From Gemmobacter sp. (GTDB lineage Bacteria > Pseudomonadota > Alphaproteobacteria > Rhodobacterales > Rhodobacteraceae), in contig JAUSPL010000107.1 in NCBI GenBank assembly GCA_030656535.1, positions 1 through 26,895 on the forward strand: a DNA stretch of 26,895 nucleotides, given 5' to 3'. Shown piece by piece: positions 16,687 to 26,560 of this stretch. How positions within the stretch are numbered: the first letter of the stretch is position 1; every line of letters begins with the position of its first letter. The notes under the pieces were generated by a model. The model saw only the letters and a program-made list of their open reading frames with translations, did no database searches and was not told where the DNA came from. The translations under genes and the position numbers were made by a program.

Positions 16687-17245
16687 CCTGATTTCAAAGT
16701 CGCCATGCGCCGGTCTGCATCTGCCGCTGACCAGCGGCGGTATCACCCTGTCTGAAGACGGCGTCGGTCCGATCACGTCGGTCGCCCCTTTTGTCGGGCA
16801 AGACAAGGCCGTCACCAAGGCGCTGAAACCGCTGGGCCTGACCTTTCCTGAACCCAACAGCGTGGTCAGCGGCAAGGCCAGCCAGATGGTTTGGACCGGA
16901 CGTGGACAGGCGTTCATGATCGGCGCTGCGCCGACGGACGCCCTGGCGGCCTGTGCGGCGCTTACCGATCAGTCCGACGGCTGGGCCTGCTTGCGGCTGC
17001 AAGGACCGCAGGCCGAGGCCGCGCTGGCCCGATTGGTGCCGCTGGACCTGCGCCCGGCAGCTTTCGGGGCCGGGGCGGCAGCCCGCAGCCTGCTCAATCA
17101 CATGCCGGTCATCCTGATCCGTACGGGGGACGGGATCGCGGTGATGGTTTTTCGGTCAATGGCTGCGACAGCCGTGCACGAGATAAAAGAGGCGATGGAT
17201 GCCGTCGCCGCCAGAACCTTTGCAAGCAGCGCGCAATTGGCCTGA
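16679..17245 (+). CDS. soxG: Sarcosine oxidase family, gamma subunit
   Basis: GTG start overlapping the soxA end. Contains TDQSDGWACLRLQGPQAEAALARLVPLDLRP and VFRSMA. Confidence 0.9.
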   Translation: MPNLISKSPCAGLHLPLTSGGITLSEDGVGPITSVAPFVGQDKAVTKALKPLGLTFPEPNSVVSGKASQMVWTGRGQAFMIGAAPTDALAACAALTDQSDGWACLRLQGPQAEAALARLVPLDLRPAAFGAGAAARSLLNHMPVILIRTGDGIAVMVFRSMAATAVHEIKEAMDAVAARTFASSAQLA

Positions 17246-17311
17246 TGCACCCAAGACCAAAGCCTGCCAATACCTGAAGGTGCCTTTTGACCGATGACGA
17301 CTGCGGATCGC

Positions 17312-18562
17312 CTAGGTGGCAAAATCGTCCCACATTCCGCCCGACAGTCCCATACACTCGGGCTGGCCGAACACGACGCTTTCAACCATCATGCGCAAGA
17401 ACGGTACCCATTCGGCGTCCCAGTCTTCGCGCAGCATGCCGTCTTGCCAGACCGGCCCGGGGGTCTGAGTGAACTCGACCCGCCCGGCAACCATCCTGCT
17501 ATAGTGAAACACAGTATCGGCGCGCCCCTTGTACGCCAGATACGCGGCCCCCATGCTCATGTGCACCTTGCGCCCACCAATCTCGATAGAGGCAGAGCTT
17601 TCGCCAAACTTCCCGTCGGGCGCGATGACGACAAAGCGTGGCTCGGACCGGACCAGCTTGGCCGCACGCAGCAAACCAGTCCCCAAGTCGCCCCGGGTCT
17701 GGAACACGGCGTGCCGACCCCAATTTGACGCCTCGCGCGCGTTCGATGCAACGACCAGACGTGGCACATCAATCTGTTCCACCCGCCAGCGCAGAAAGCG
17801 CAGAAACGATGTGTGCAAAGACACCGCCATCGTGCCCAGGCCCGCCGCCAAACGGTCACGAATCGCCCGGTCGTCGACGTGACCGGCAATTGCGTCCAGT
17901 TGCCGAAAAATACGGTCGGCCTCGGCAGCCTGATCCGGGTCGCGCCTGGCGCGGCGCAGCAAAACCACCATCGTCCTAAGAAATATCCCGGCTGCCCTGC
18001 CATACAAGGCGCGTTGACGAAACTCGGCCTTGGACATGCCGGCATCGCCCCTCATGTCATAGATCGACGAGATCAGCTTTTCATCGACCGGTCCCAGATG
18101 CAGTTGCAGCCGCTCTGGGTCCAGGGATTGCAAGGTATCGCTGATCGACTCCGGGGCGCGGTTCCAGCCAAGCGCGCGCATGGCCTGCGACATATCCCGC
18201 GCGGCACCGGGTGCCGCGTCGCCCATCGCGTCAATCCGCTTGCGCAAAATGGCAGCGGCTGGAGGCAGACGCGGAAAAGCGTCCAGCAGACTCAGGGCAA
18301 AGGACGCACCATTGCTATCACCGCCCGCAATCGCATCACGTGCCACCTCCATTGCGGCGTTGGCGCGCTGGAAAGGCATGCCCCGGTCAGGATTGGTGGC
18401 CTGCGATTTGGTCAGGGCTGTCAAAAGGCCGCTCAAAAGCGACAGTTCGGGCAGCGGGTTATTGGCCCCTTGCCACTGGCTGCTGGCAAGCCAAGCCGCG
18501 GTGTCGGTATGGCCGTAGGCCTCCAGGACCTGCGAAAGCAGCGCGTCATGCGCCGGGTTCAT
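17312..18562 (-). CDS. Hypothetical protein with a C-terminal LpxL/LPLAT-like acyltransferase fold
   Basis: 416-aa ORF with an ATGA overlap on the hisE stop. The C-terminal half shows RLAAGLGTMAVSLH, FVVIAPDG, IEIGGRKVHMSMGAAYLAYKGRADTV and QPE, in the same block order as lipid A acyltransferases. Confidence 0.7.
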   Translation of the reverse strand: MNPAHDALLSQVLEAYGHTDTAAWLASSQWQGANNPLPELSLLSGLLTALTKSQATNPDRGMPFQRANAAMEVARDAIAGGDSNGASFALSLLDAFPRLPPAAAILRKRIDAMGDAAPGAARDMSQAMRALGWNRAPESISDTLQSLDPERLQLHLGPVDEKLISSIYDMRGDAGMSKAEFRQRALYGRAAGIFLRTMVVLLRRARRDPDQAAEADRIFRQLDAIAGHVDDRAIRDRLAAGLGTMAVSLHTSFLRFLRWRVEQIDVPRLVVASNAREASNWGRHAVFQTRGDLGTGLLRAAKLVRSEPRFVVIAPDGKFGESSASIEIGGRKVHMSMGAAYLAYKGRADTVFHYSRMVAGRVEFTQTPGPVWQDGMLREDWDAEWVPFLRMMVESVVFGQPECMGLSGGMWDDFAT

Positions 18563-18870
18563 CGGCGGGATTCCTTTTCTGCGATGCCGCTGGTCCCGTC
18601 ACGCCGGTCAAGTTCGTCCAAGACATCATCCAGCGTCACATCGCGGGCAGCCAGCATGACCATCAGGTGATAGATCACATCCGCTGCCTCGGCAGTCAGT
18701 CGCGCCCGGTCACCCTTGACGGCCTCGATGATCGCCTCGATGGCTTCTTCGCCGAATTTCTCGGCACACTTTTCTGGACCCAGTGCCAGAAGCTTGGCCG
18801 TCCAACTGGTAGAGGGGTCAGCACCCTTTCGAGAGGCAATGGTTGCAGCAAGACGCTCCAAAGCGGTCAT
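18559..18870 (-). CDS. hisE: Phosphoribosyl-ATP pyrophosphatase
   Basis: SWTAKLL...KCAEKFGEEAIEAII...EAADVIYHLMVML...ELDRRDGTSG. Confidence 0.97.
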   Translation of the reverse strand: MTALERLAATIASRKGADPSTSWTAKLLALGPEKCAEKFGEEAIEAIIEAVKGDRARLTAEAADVIYHLMVMLAARDVTLDDVLDELDRRDGTSGIAEKESRR

Positions 18871-18880
18871 GTCAGCCTCG

Positions 18881-19642
18881 TTATGTCAAACGAATCGGGA
18901 TGCCGGCTGTGGCCATATGGGCCTTGGCCTGGGCGATTGTGAAATCACCAAAATGAAAGATCGAGGCCGCCAGCACCGCCGAGGCACCGCCAATGGTGAC
19001 CCCTTCCACCAGATGGTCCAGATTGCCAACCCCGCCGCTTGCGATGACCGGAATGCCCACGGCGTCGACGATGGCGCGGGTCAGGGGCAAATTGAACCCG
19101 GCGCGGGTACCATCACGGTCCATGCTGGTCAACAGTATCTCGCCCGCGCCCTTGGCGGCCACGGTTCGCGCAAACTCGACCGCGTCAATGCCGGTGGCCT
19201 TGCGCCCGCCATGGGTGAAAATCTGCCATTGACCCGGCGCGACGGTCTTGGCGTCGATGGCAACCACGATGCACTGCGATCCGAAATGGTCGGCGGCGCG
19301 GGCCACCACATCGGGATCGGCGACGGCGGCGGAATTGAAGGACACCTTGTCCGCGCCCGCCAGCAACAATGCGCGCACATCCTGCGTCGTGCGCACACCG
19401 CCCCCGACGGTCAAAGGCATGAAGCACTGTTCCGCGGTGCGGGTCACCAGATCGAACATGGTGCCCCGGTTTTCATGGGTGGCATGAATATCCAGAAAGC
19501 ACAGCTCGTCCGCGCCCGCCGCGTCATAGGCACGGGCCGCCTCGACGGGGTCGCCCGCGTCACGCAAATCGGCAAAATTCACACCCTTGACCACCCGACC
19601 GTCGGCGACATCAAGACAGGGAATGATACGGGTTTTCAGCAT
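18881..19642 (-). CDS. hisF: Imidazole glycerol phosphate synthase cyclase subunit
   Basis: [49 protein letters not shown] and [10 protein letters not shown]. Confidence 0.98.
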   Translation of the reverse strand: MLKTRIIPCLDVADGRVVKGVNFADLRDAGDPVEAARAYDAAGADELCFLDIHATHENRGTMFDLVTRTAEQCFMPLTVGGGVRTTQDVRALLLAGADKVSFNSAAVADPDVVARAADHFGSQCIVVAIDAKTVAPGQWQIFTHGGRKATGIDAVEFARTVAAKGAGEILLTSMDRDGTRAGFNLPLTRAIVDAVGIPVIASGGVGNLDHLVEGVTIGGASAVLAASIFHFGDFTIAQAKAHMATAGIPIRLT

Positions 19643-20017
19643 CGCATGCCCTCCGATTGCGGTCCCTTCTGACCCACCCAAGCCGGGGGCGCAAGCCCCG
19701 TGCACAGGTTCCACCGCCCGCCTATGCACGGTCCAACCGTCCAGCCCGCGCTGCGGGACTTTGTGAAAGCCCCCACGCGGGCAAACTTGATCGCACGATT
19801 TCCCTACGAACCCGCCGTGAAACCCAAGGAATGTACGACCGGACCACGCCTGCCCGGATAGCGGATTGCCCCGGATGTATCAGGTGCTGAATGCTGCATC
19901 GTCGCGACTCGCGTGCAATCCATTGACAACCACAGGGTCACGAACGGATACACTGTGCTGATTTTAGCGTGTTGCTGTTGGCCTCATGGGCCCATACCAA
20001 AAGGAACACTCGTCATC

Positions 20018-22279
20018 ATGCCGATTGCCCAAGACCTTGCCCCCGCCCCCAATTCCACCCTGCCCGTCAATCAACCGGCGCTGCCCACCAATCAGATCAC
20101 GCAAGCTGTGATCTGGGGCACGGCGGGATCAGATGATCTGCGCGGCACGGACGGCGATGACATATTGCGCGGCTTTGACGGAAACGACAGGCTGGCGGGC
20201 TATGCGGGGGATGATATCCTTGACGGTGGCGCAGGTGAGGACACGCTGTACGGGGCCGGCGGCGGAAATAACGAATTCTACGGCGGCCCCGACTGGGACA
20301 CGCTCAGCTATGCGGGCAGCACAACACCCGTATTTGTCGACCTTGCGGCACAGAGGGTTCAGCGGCCCGGTGAAGCCGACCACTATTTCAGCATCCAGAC
20401 CTTGATCCTGTCCGAAGGCAATGACGTGGTCCTGGCGAACCGCCCGTACACTCGGGTCTATCTGGGCGGTGGTGATGATACGGTGCGATTTGAGGACTTT
20501 CCGGGCAGGGTATTCTTGTATGGTGGCGGCGGCACCGACACACTGGATTTTCGCGCCTATGAAGGAGACGTGAATCTTTACGGTGGGCGGCGGCTGTTTC
20601 TGGGCAAGATCAGTGGATTTGAGGTCGTCCTTGGGTCAGAAACCCATGCCAACTTCATCGCAGATCCCAATCGCACCGGACCCAGCCTGCTTGTCGGCGG
20701 CAGCCAGGCCGACACGCTGCTTGCCATGGGCGGCAACGACACACTGATCGGCGGAGGCGGAAACGACAGCCTGAATGGAAATAACGGCGACGACCTGCTT
20801 TTGGGCGGCGATGGCGATGACGTGTTGAACGGTGGTCGGGATCAGGACCGGCTGTCGGGCGATGCGGGCCACGACAGCCTGCGTGGAAACGACGGCGACG
20901 ACTTCTTGTCAGGGGGCGTCGGTCTGGACCTGCTCTATGGCGGCGAAGGCGACGACCAGATCCTGGGAGGTGACGACGACGACCATCTGGGCGGCGGTGG
21001 TGGCAACGACACGCTGCATGGCGGCACGGGCAATGATCTTGTTGTCGGTGGTGCAGGGCGCGACAGCCTTGCCGGCCAGGATGGCGACGACACATTGCTT
21101 GGCTCGGATGGCGCGGACAGCCTTTATGGCGGATCGGGTGATGATGTTCTGATCGATCAGGGGACCGGCACTCAGGCAACGGTGGCCTATGGCGGCGCGG
21201 GCAACGATATCATCCGCTTGGGCGCTGGTACCGCGATGGGGGGCGCGGGTGACGACATCATCATGTTCTGGGCGGCGACTCCGATCTACGGTGATATTTC
21301 CGTGCAGGTGGACGGGGGCGCGGGCAACGACCGCATCAGCCTCGATATCTCATTGGGCGGTAGCGTGACCGGGGGTGCCGGCGATGACATCCTGACACTG
21401 CGCAATGCCGCGACCGGCATGCTGGTCGAACCCTATGCGCAACTGAACGGCGGCGTGGGGCGGGACACCCTGGTGATGACGGGCGGCATCAATCTGCATC
21501 TGGAGGCCCCCGACTATGTTCCGTTTCCCGGGGCCTCGGTCGTACAGGGGTTCGAGCGTGTGATCCTGACCAGCGACAACCGCTTGACGGTCCACGCTGA
21601 CAACACCAGTGTCCTGGCCCAAAGTGGGGCCCAAACCCTGTCAGTCTACGCCGAAAACGTGGCGGCCACGCTGAGCGATGGCGCCGATCTGCTGTTCATC
21701 GGCAGTCGCGGCGGGCGCATCGACGCCGGGGCGGGCGACGATGAGATCTATAATGAATCGACGCTGGACGGGAACGTCATCCTGGCGGGTGCGGGCAATG
21801 ACCGGGTGACGATGGAGGGCGGCGGCGCGGTCTTGATGGGGGATGGCGACGACTTTGCCTTTCTGCGCGGATGGTACAACGACACCTCTGGCGCGGTGCT
21901 GAACATGGGGGCTGGCAATGACCTTGTCTGGGTGCAAAGCGCGTTTACACGCATTGCCTTGGGCGACGGCGATGACGTGATCGAGGTTTCCGTCGGAACG
22001 CCGGTGGACGGTGTGGTTGCGGGGGGCGCAGGGGCGGACCGGTTCATTTTTGGCGAAGGCATAGGTCGCGTCGTGGTGCAGGATTTCGAGATCGGGACAG
22101 ACCGGATGCAGTTCGCCCCGTTCAACCCTCTCAGCCTCGCTGCTTTGGCGGACATACGCCAAGTCGGTACAAACACCGAGCTTTTGTACCTGTCGGACCC
22201 CAGCAGTCCGGAATTCGCCACCTTGATCGTGCTGCAAGGCATCGTGGCCAACGACCTGACCGACGCGATCCTGTTCTGA
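20018..22279 (+). CDS. RTX / hemolysin-type calcium-binding repeat protein (probable type I secretion substrate)
   Basis: RBS AAAGGAAC before the ATG at 20018. Many GGxGxDxUx nonapeptides, including a long tandem run (about 20700-21150). No Sec signal peptide. The C-terminus [15 protein letters not shown]...[17 protein letters not shown] resembles T1SS target tails. No catalytic domain recognised. Confidence 0.88.
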   Translation: MPIAQDLAPAPNSTLPVNQPALPTNQITQAVIWGTAGSDDLRGTDGDDILRGFDGNDRLAGYAGDDILDGGAGEDTLYGAGGGNNEFYGGPDWDTLSYAGSTTPVFVDLAAQRVQRPGEADHYFSIQTLILSEGNDVVLANRPYTRVYLGGGDDTVRFEDFPGRVFLYGGGGTDTLDFRAYEGDVNLYGGRRLFLGKISGFEVVLGSETHANFIADPNRTGPSLLVGGSQADTLLAMGGNDTLIGGGGNDSLNGNNGDDLLLGGDGDDVLNGGRDQDRLSGDAGHDSLRGNDGDDFLSGGVGLDLLYGGEGDDQILGGDDDDHLGGGGGNDTLHGGTGNDLVVGGAGRDSLAGQDGDDTLLGSDGADSLYGGSGDDVLIDQGTGTQATVAYGGAGNDIIRLGAGTAMGGAGDDIIMFWAATPIYGDISVQVDGGAGNDRISLDISLGGSVTGGAGDDILTLRNAATGMLVEPYAQLNGGVGRDTLVMTGGINLHLEAPDYVPFPGASVVQGFERVILTSDNRLTVHADNTSVLAQSGAQTLSVYAENVAATLSDGADLLFIGSRGGRIDAGAGDDEIYNESTLDGNVILAGAGNDRVTMEGGGAVLMGDGDDFAFLRGWYNDTSGAVLNMGAGNDLVWVQSAFTRIALGDGDDVIEVSVGTPVDGVVAGGAGADRFIFGEGIGRVVVQDFEIGTDRMQFAPFNPLSLAALADIRQVGTNTELLYLSDPSSPEFATLIVLQGIVANDLTDAILF

Positions 22280-22287
22280 CCGCACCG

Positions 22288-22305
22288 GACCCCTTTTCAG
22301 GGGTC
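22288..22305. terminator. Hairpin between the convergent RTX gene and hisA (possible bidirectional terminator)
   Basis: GACCCCT-TTTC-AGGGGTC, a 7-bp stem overlapping the hisA stop codon. Confidence 0.4.
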
Positions 22306-23023
22306 AGCGCTGCAACACCGCCAGTGCCTGAGTCAGATCAATCGCGCCGTCGTAAAGCGCCCGACCGGAAATCGCCCCGGCAATCACGCCAGTATCGCGT
22401 AGTGCGATCAGATCGGCGATCGACGACACCCCGCCGCTGGCAATCACCGGAATGGACACGGCGCGGGCCAGCGCCTCGGTCGCCTCGATGTTGGGGCCCT
22501 GCATGGCACCGTCGCGGTTGATGTCGGTATAGATGATGGCGGCCACACCCGCATCCTCAAAGCTGCGGGCAAGGTCAGTGACCAGAATATCTGTTTCCGT
22601 CGCCCAACCTTTGGTCGCGACCCGTCCGTTGCGGGCGTCGATGCCGACAGCCACGCGACCGGGGTATTCGCGTGCGGCCAGCCGCACAAGATCAGGGTCC
22701 TCCACGGCCACCGTGCCCAGGATCACCCGCGCAAGACCCCGGTCCAGCCAGGTCGCAATGGTCGCCATATCGCGAATGCCGCCCCCAAGCTGACACGGCA
22801 CAGTGACGCGCGACAGGATCGATTCAACCGCAGCCGCATTGACCGGGGTCCCCGCAAAAGCGCCGTTCAGATCGACAAGGTGGATCCATTCGCACCCTGC
22901 CGCCTGAAACGCCGCGGCCTGTGCTGCGGGATCGTCATTGAACACGGTCGCATGATCCATTGCACCGCGCAACAAGCGCACGCATTGACCATCCTTCAGG
23001 TCGATAGCGGGGAAAAGGATCAT
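22304..23023 (-). CDS. hisA: ProFAR isomerase
   Basis: [50 protein letters not shown] and GAISGRALY. Confidence 0.98.
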   Translation of the reverse strand: MILFPAIDLKDGQCVRLLRGAMDHATVFNDDPAAQAAAFQAAGCEWIHLVDLNGAFAGTPVNAAAVESILSRVTVPCQLGGGIRDMATIATWLDRGLARVILGTVAVEDPDLVRLAAREYPGRVAVGIDARNGRVATKGWATETDILVTDLARSFEDAGVAAIIYTDINRDGAMQGPNIEATEALARAVSIPVIASGGVSSIADLIALRDTGVIAGAISGRALYDGAIDLTQALAVLQR

Positions 23024-23177
23024 TTCGGGCTCCTGTTCAAACTGGGGGCTGTGTGCCATGTGACCGCGCCGACGGCAAGCCGTACGGGGCATCCGCCACG
23101 TCACCCTTGCCTGAATCCCGGCACAGGATAATGCTTCGTCCATCGCGGCACTGAACCGCGCCTTGGGAGGGGAAATC

Positions 23178-23543
23178 ATGAAATTCGCAGTTGTCGCAGC
23201 CTTGATAGCCTTGGCAGGACCGGCAGTGGCCGACCCGGTGCTGGGCACGTGGAAAACCCAAGAGGACGACGGCGCTTATGCCCATGTCGAAATGGCACCT
23301 TGCGGCGCGGCGATCTGTGGCGTGATCAAACGGAGCTTCCGGGGGACTGCGGAATACCAATCGGAAAACGTCGGGAAAAAGCTGGTGATCGACATGCAGC
23401 CGCAGGGCGGTGGCAAATATGCCGGTCAGGTCTGGCGACCGTCCAACAACAAGATTTACACAGGCAAGATCGAATTGTCGGGCGACAGTTTGCGGTTGGC
23501 GGGATGTGTGGCGGGCGGGCTTATCTGTTCGAAACAGACCTAG
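23178..23543 (+). CDS. DUF2147 domain secreted protein
   Basis: Signal peptide [18 protein letters not shown], then [24 protein letters not shown] and [25 protein letters not shown]. Confidence 0.9.
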   Translation: MKFAVVAALIALAGPAVADPVLGTWKTQEDDGAYAHVEMAPCGAAICGVIKRSFRGTAEYQSENVGKKLVIDMQPQGGGKYAGQVWRPSNNKIYTGKIELSGDSLRLAGCVAGGLICSKQT

Positions 23544-23747
23544 GCGCGGGTAAAATAGGCCGCAGCCGCCGGACCGGCTCTGGCACGACGCATCGGCAAC
23601 GCGCGCGCGCCGTTGTCAGTGGGCTGCTTCAAGCACACCCGACAAGGGAGAACGGGCAGGCGGTTGGTGCCGCCTGAACAGAGCGGAACAGATCGACACA
23701 TCGGGTGGCACAGGGCGCGTCGTTGAACATGCGCCGCCAAGGTGCGT

Positions 23748-24386
23748 CTAGGGACGCCAACGCAGGAAATTCCCGATCAGGCGCAGCCCCGTCGCCTGGG
23801 ACTTTTCGGGGTGGAACTGGGTTCCGACAATGGTGTCGCGACCAACGATGGCCGTAATCGGCCCGGCGTAATCGACATGCGCCAAAAGATGCGCCGGGTT
23901 CTCGGTCCGAAACTGGTAGGAATGGACAAAGTAGGCGTGATCGCCGGTGGCTATGCCATCCAGAACCGGATGGGCGCTGTCGATCACCAGATCGTTCCAG
24001 CCCATGTGCGGCACCTTGAAACTGGGGTTGGACGGCACGATACGGGTCACCTCGCCACCGATCCAGCCAAAGCCCTGAGTGTCGTGATATTCCCGGCCCC
24101 AGGTCGCCAGCATCTGCATGCCCACACAGATACCCAAGAACGGCACGGCGCGGACCGTGACTGCATCGCGGATCGCCTCGTACAGACCGACGTGGTCTGA
24201 CAAGGCCTGACGACACGCCGGGAACGCCCCGTCGCCCGGCAAGACCACGCGGTCGGCCCGGGCCACGTCTTCCGGGTGCGACGACACCAGAACATCGCCG
24301 CCGCCGACCTCGACCGCCATGCGCTGAAATGCCTTTTCGGCCGAGTGAAGATTGCCGCTGTCGTAATCAACAAGCACGGTCAGCAT
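23748..24386 (-). CDS. hisH: Imidazole glycerol phosphate synthase glutamine amidotransferase subunit
   Basis: DYDSGNLHSA, VVLPGDGAF, PFLGICVGMQML (catalytic Cys), VPHMGWN, YFVHSY and TQFHPEKS. Confidence 0.98.
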   Translation of the reverse strand: MLTVLVDYDSGNLHSAEKAFQRMAVEVGGGDVLVSSHPEDVARADRVVLPGDGAFPACRQALSDHVGLYEAIRDAVTVRAVPFLGICVGMQMLATWGREYHDTQGFGWIGGEVTRIVPSNPSFKVPHMGWNDLVIDSAHPVLDGIATGDHAYFVHSYQFRTENPAHLLAHVDYAGPITAIVGRDTIVGTQFHPEKSQATGLRLIGNFLRWRP

Positions 24387-24482
24387 GACGGGACCTTTCG
24401 GGCAGAATCGTCGACCTCTGGCGCGGGTTGACGCGCGAAAGCGTTCGGCGGTGGAAACGGGTCTGGCTGCAACGTCAGGGCG

Positions 24483-25070
24483 TCACAGTGTTCCCTTGGT
24501 TGACGGGATGTCATCCGCCTTGCGCGGGTCGGTTTCAACCGCATCACGCAGCGCGCGGGCGACGGCCTTGAAGGCGGCCTCGGCGATATGGTGGCTGTTG
24601 AAACCGGCACCTTGGGTGACATGCAAGGTGATGCCGCCATGGCTGGACAGCGCCTGAAAAAACTCGCGCACCAGTTCGGTGTCGAACGTCCCGATCTTCT
24701 GGGTTGGAAAGTTGAGGTCCCAGACAAGGTATGGCCGACCCGACAGATCCAGCGCCGCCGTGACGCGGGCATCATCCATCGGCAGGATGCAAGACCCATA
24801 GCGCCGGATGCCGCGCTTGTCGCCCAACGCCTTGATCAGGGCTTGACCCAAGGCAATACCGACGTCCTCGACAGTGTGGTGGTCGTCGATGTGCAGATCG
24901 CCGGACGCATTGATCGTCATGTCGATCAGGGAATGCCGCGCAAGCTGATCCAGCATGTGGTCAAAGAACCCCACGCCAGTCGCGTTGTCATAGCGGCCCG
25001 TGCCGTCCAGCCCCACCGTGACGGTGATATCGGTTTCGGCGGTTTTTCGGGTTATGGTGGCCTTGCGCAT
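24483..25070 (-). CDS. hisB: Imidazoleglycerol-phosphate dehydratase
   Basis: [45 protein letters not shown] and IPSTKGTL. Confidence 0.98.
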   Translation of the reverse strand: MRKATITRKTAETDITVTVGLDGTGRYDNATGVGFFDHMLDQLARHSLIDMTINASGDLHIDDHHTVEDVGIALGQALIKALGDKRGIRRYGSCILPMDDARVTAALDLSGRPYLVWDLNFPTQKIGTFDTELVREFFQALSSHGGITLHVTQGAGFNSHHIAEAAFKAVARALRDAVETDPRKADDIPSTKGTL

Positions 25071-25187
25071 CGGCGGCTCCGTTCGCTTTTGTCGGTTGGG
25101 TTATAGGCGGCAGGGGCGGACATGGAAAGAGGCGGGCGTGACGTGGACAAGGAATGAGCGTAAGCTGGGCATTAAAGAGGACCGTCC

Positions 25188-26471
25188 ATGCCGATGACTG
25201 CGCTGATAGGCAGCAGGATCCGTGAACACCGCATCCTTGCCGGACTGCGGCAGGCCGAACTTGCACAGGCTGCCGGGATCTCGGCGTCTTATCTGAACCT
25301 CATCGAACACAATCGCCGCCGGGTGGCGGGTGATCTGCTGACACGGCTCGCGCAGGCGATCAGGGTCGATCTTGCCACGTTGACGGGTGCCACTCAAAGC
25401 GCGATTGTCGATCGCCTGCGTGAAGCCGCAGCCGCAGCCGGCCCCGGCCCCGAAGCTGACCGCGCCGAGGACTTTGCCGGCCGGTTCCCCGGTTGGGCGG
25501 CCCTGGTCATCGCCCAGCAAGACCGGATTGCCCAGATGGAGCGATCGCTGGAATCACTGAGCGACCGGATGAGCCATGACCCGCACCTGTCGGCCTCGTT
25601 GCACGAACTGCTGTCAGCGGCGGCCTCGGTGCGATCAACAGCCGCAATTCTCGCCGATACGCCCGACATAGAACCCGATTGGCGCGAACGGTTTCAGCGC
25701 AATCTGGCCGATGACAGCACCCGGCTTTCGGCTGGTGCAGAGGCGCTGGTCGGGTATCTGGACGGTGTGGCCGCCGAAGAAACCGGGATCGCCGCGCCGC
25801 AAGAAGAGCTTGAGGCATGGCTGGACGCAAAAGGCTGGCACTTGCCCGAACTTGAACGCGGGATCGCGCCCGAGATACTGATCGGCGGGGCGGTCGACCT
25901 TGCCAGTCAGGCGGCCCGGCACATGGCCCGCGACTGGCTGACCACATATGCGCAGGATGCGGTCAGCCTGCCGCTTGCCCCGCTGATGGATGCCATCGCA
26001 CAGGGCGACATTGACCCCGGACGGCTTGCCAAGCGGTTTGGCGTGGACCCGGCTGCGGTGTTCCGCCGGCTTGCGTGTTTGCCTGCCGAAGCCGGTGCCA
26101 TCGGGCTTGTGGTTTGCGACGGTTCCGGCACCTTGGTGTCGCGCAAACCGTTGGCGGGGTTTGCGCTGCCCCGCTTTGGCGCGGCTTGCCCGTTGTGGCC
26201 GCTGTATCTGGCGCTGTCGCGCCCTGCGGTGCCGGTTCGTGCGCGGGTGGAAATGGCCGGGCGCACCGCCAAGCGTTTCCTGACCTATGCCTTTTGCCAA
26301 CCCGCCTATCCCGAAGGCTTTGACGCGCCGCCTATTCTGCGGGCCTATATGCTGATCTTGCCAGATGACAGCACTGCGGCAGCGCAGCCCATCGGGACGT
26401 CGTGCCGCATTTGTCCACGGTCGCGGTGTTACGCCCGCCGCGAGCCCGCAATCATGGCCGAAGGGGGCTAG
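25188..26471 (+). CDS. XRE-family HTH regulator with ScfR (RamB/PrpR/PccR-like, DUF2083) C-terminal domain
   Basis: N-terminal LIGSRIREHR...QAELAQAAGISASYLNLIEHNRR. C-terminal CDGSG, PRFGAACPLWPLY and IGTSCRICPRSRCYARREP (Cys-rich ScfR tail). RBS GAGGA. Confidence 0.88.
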   Translation: MPMTALIGSRIREHRILAGLRQAELAQAAGISASYLNLIEHNRRRVAGDLLTRLAQAIRVDLATLTGATQSAIVDRLREAAAAAGPGPEADRAEDFAGRFPGWAALVIAQQDRIAQMERSLESLSDRMSHDPHLSASLHELLSAAASVRSTAAILADTPDIEPDWRERFQRNLADDSTRLSAGAEALVGYLDGVAAEETGIAAPQEELEAWLDAKGWHLPELERGIAPEILIGGAVDLASQAARHMARDWLTTYAQDAVSLPLAPLMDAIAQGDIDPGRLAKRFGVDPAAVFRRLACLPAEAGAIGLVVCDGSGTLVSRKPLAGFALPRFGAACPLWPLYLALSRPAVPVRARVEMAGRTAKRFLTYAFCQPAYPEGFDAPPILRAYMLILPDDSTAAAQPIGTSCRICPRSRCYARREPAIMAEGG

Positions 26472-26530
26472 CCCCCCAATTCATGCTTGTGCGCAAACCC
26501 GCCCCAGAGCGCCTGTGATGACGTCGGACG

Positions 26531-26560
26531 GATCAGTCACAGATCAGCCACAGATCAGCC
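26531..26560. repeat. 11-bp tandem repeat, about 2.7 copies, overlapping the hemE stop
   Basis: GATCAGTCACA / GATCAGCCACA / GATCAGCC. Confidence 0.7.

Noticed and set aside
12195-19672. Long shadow ORFs 12195-13283, 13792-14988, 15091-16134 (-), 17813-18670 and 18716-19672 (+)
   Set aside because: They lie opposite soxB, soxA, the acyltransferase-like gene and hisF, and have no RBS or domain evidence.
19923-19954. TTGACA at 19923-19928 as the -35 of the RTX gene
   Set aside because: The nearest -10-like hexamer, TACACT (19949-19954), is 20 bp away, outside normal spacing. Left unassigned.
20700-21150. 27-bp periodic sequence as a possible CRISPR or DNA-level repeat array
   Set aside because: The periodicity is fully explained by degenerate codons of RTX nonapeptides. 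There are no identical repeats with unique spacers and no cas genes.
17312-22279. RTX toxin plus activating acyltransferase (HlyA/HlyC-like) pair
   Set aside because: The acyltransferase-like protein resembles LpxL/LPLAT, not HlyC. The RTX protein lacks a hydrophobic pore-forming domain, and the two genes are on opposite strands separated by hisF-hisE.
23178-23543. DUF2147 inside the his cluster as a novel insertion
   Set aside because: As I recall, this arrangement is common in Rhodobacteraceae, so it is not treated as unusual in itself.
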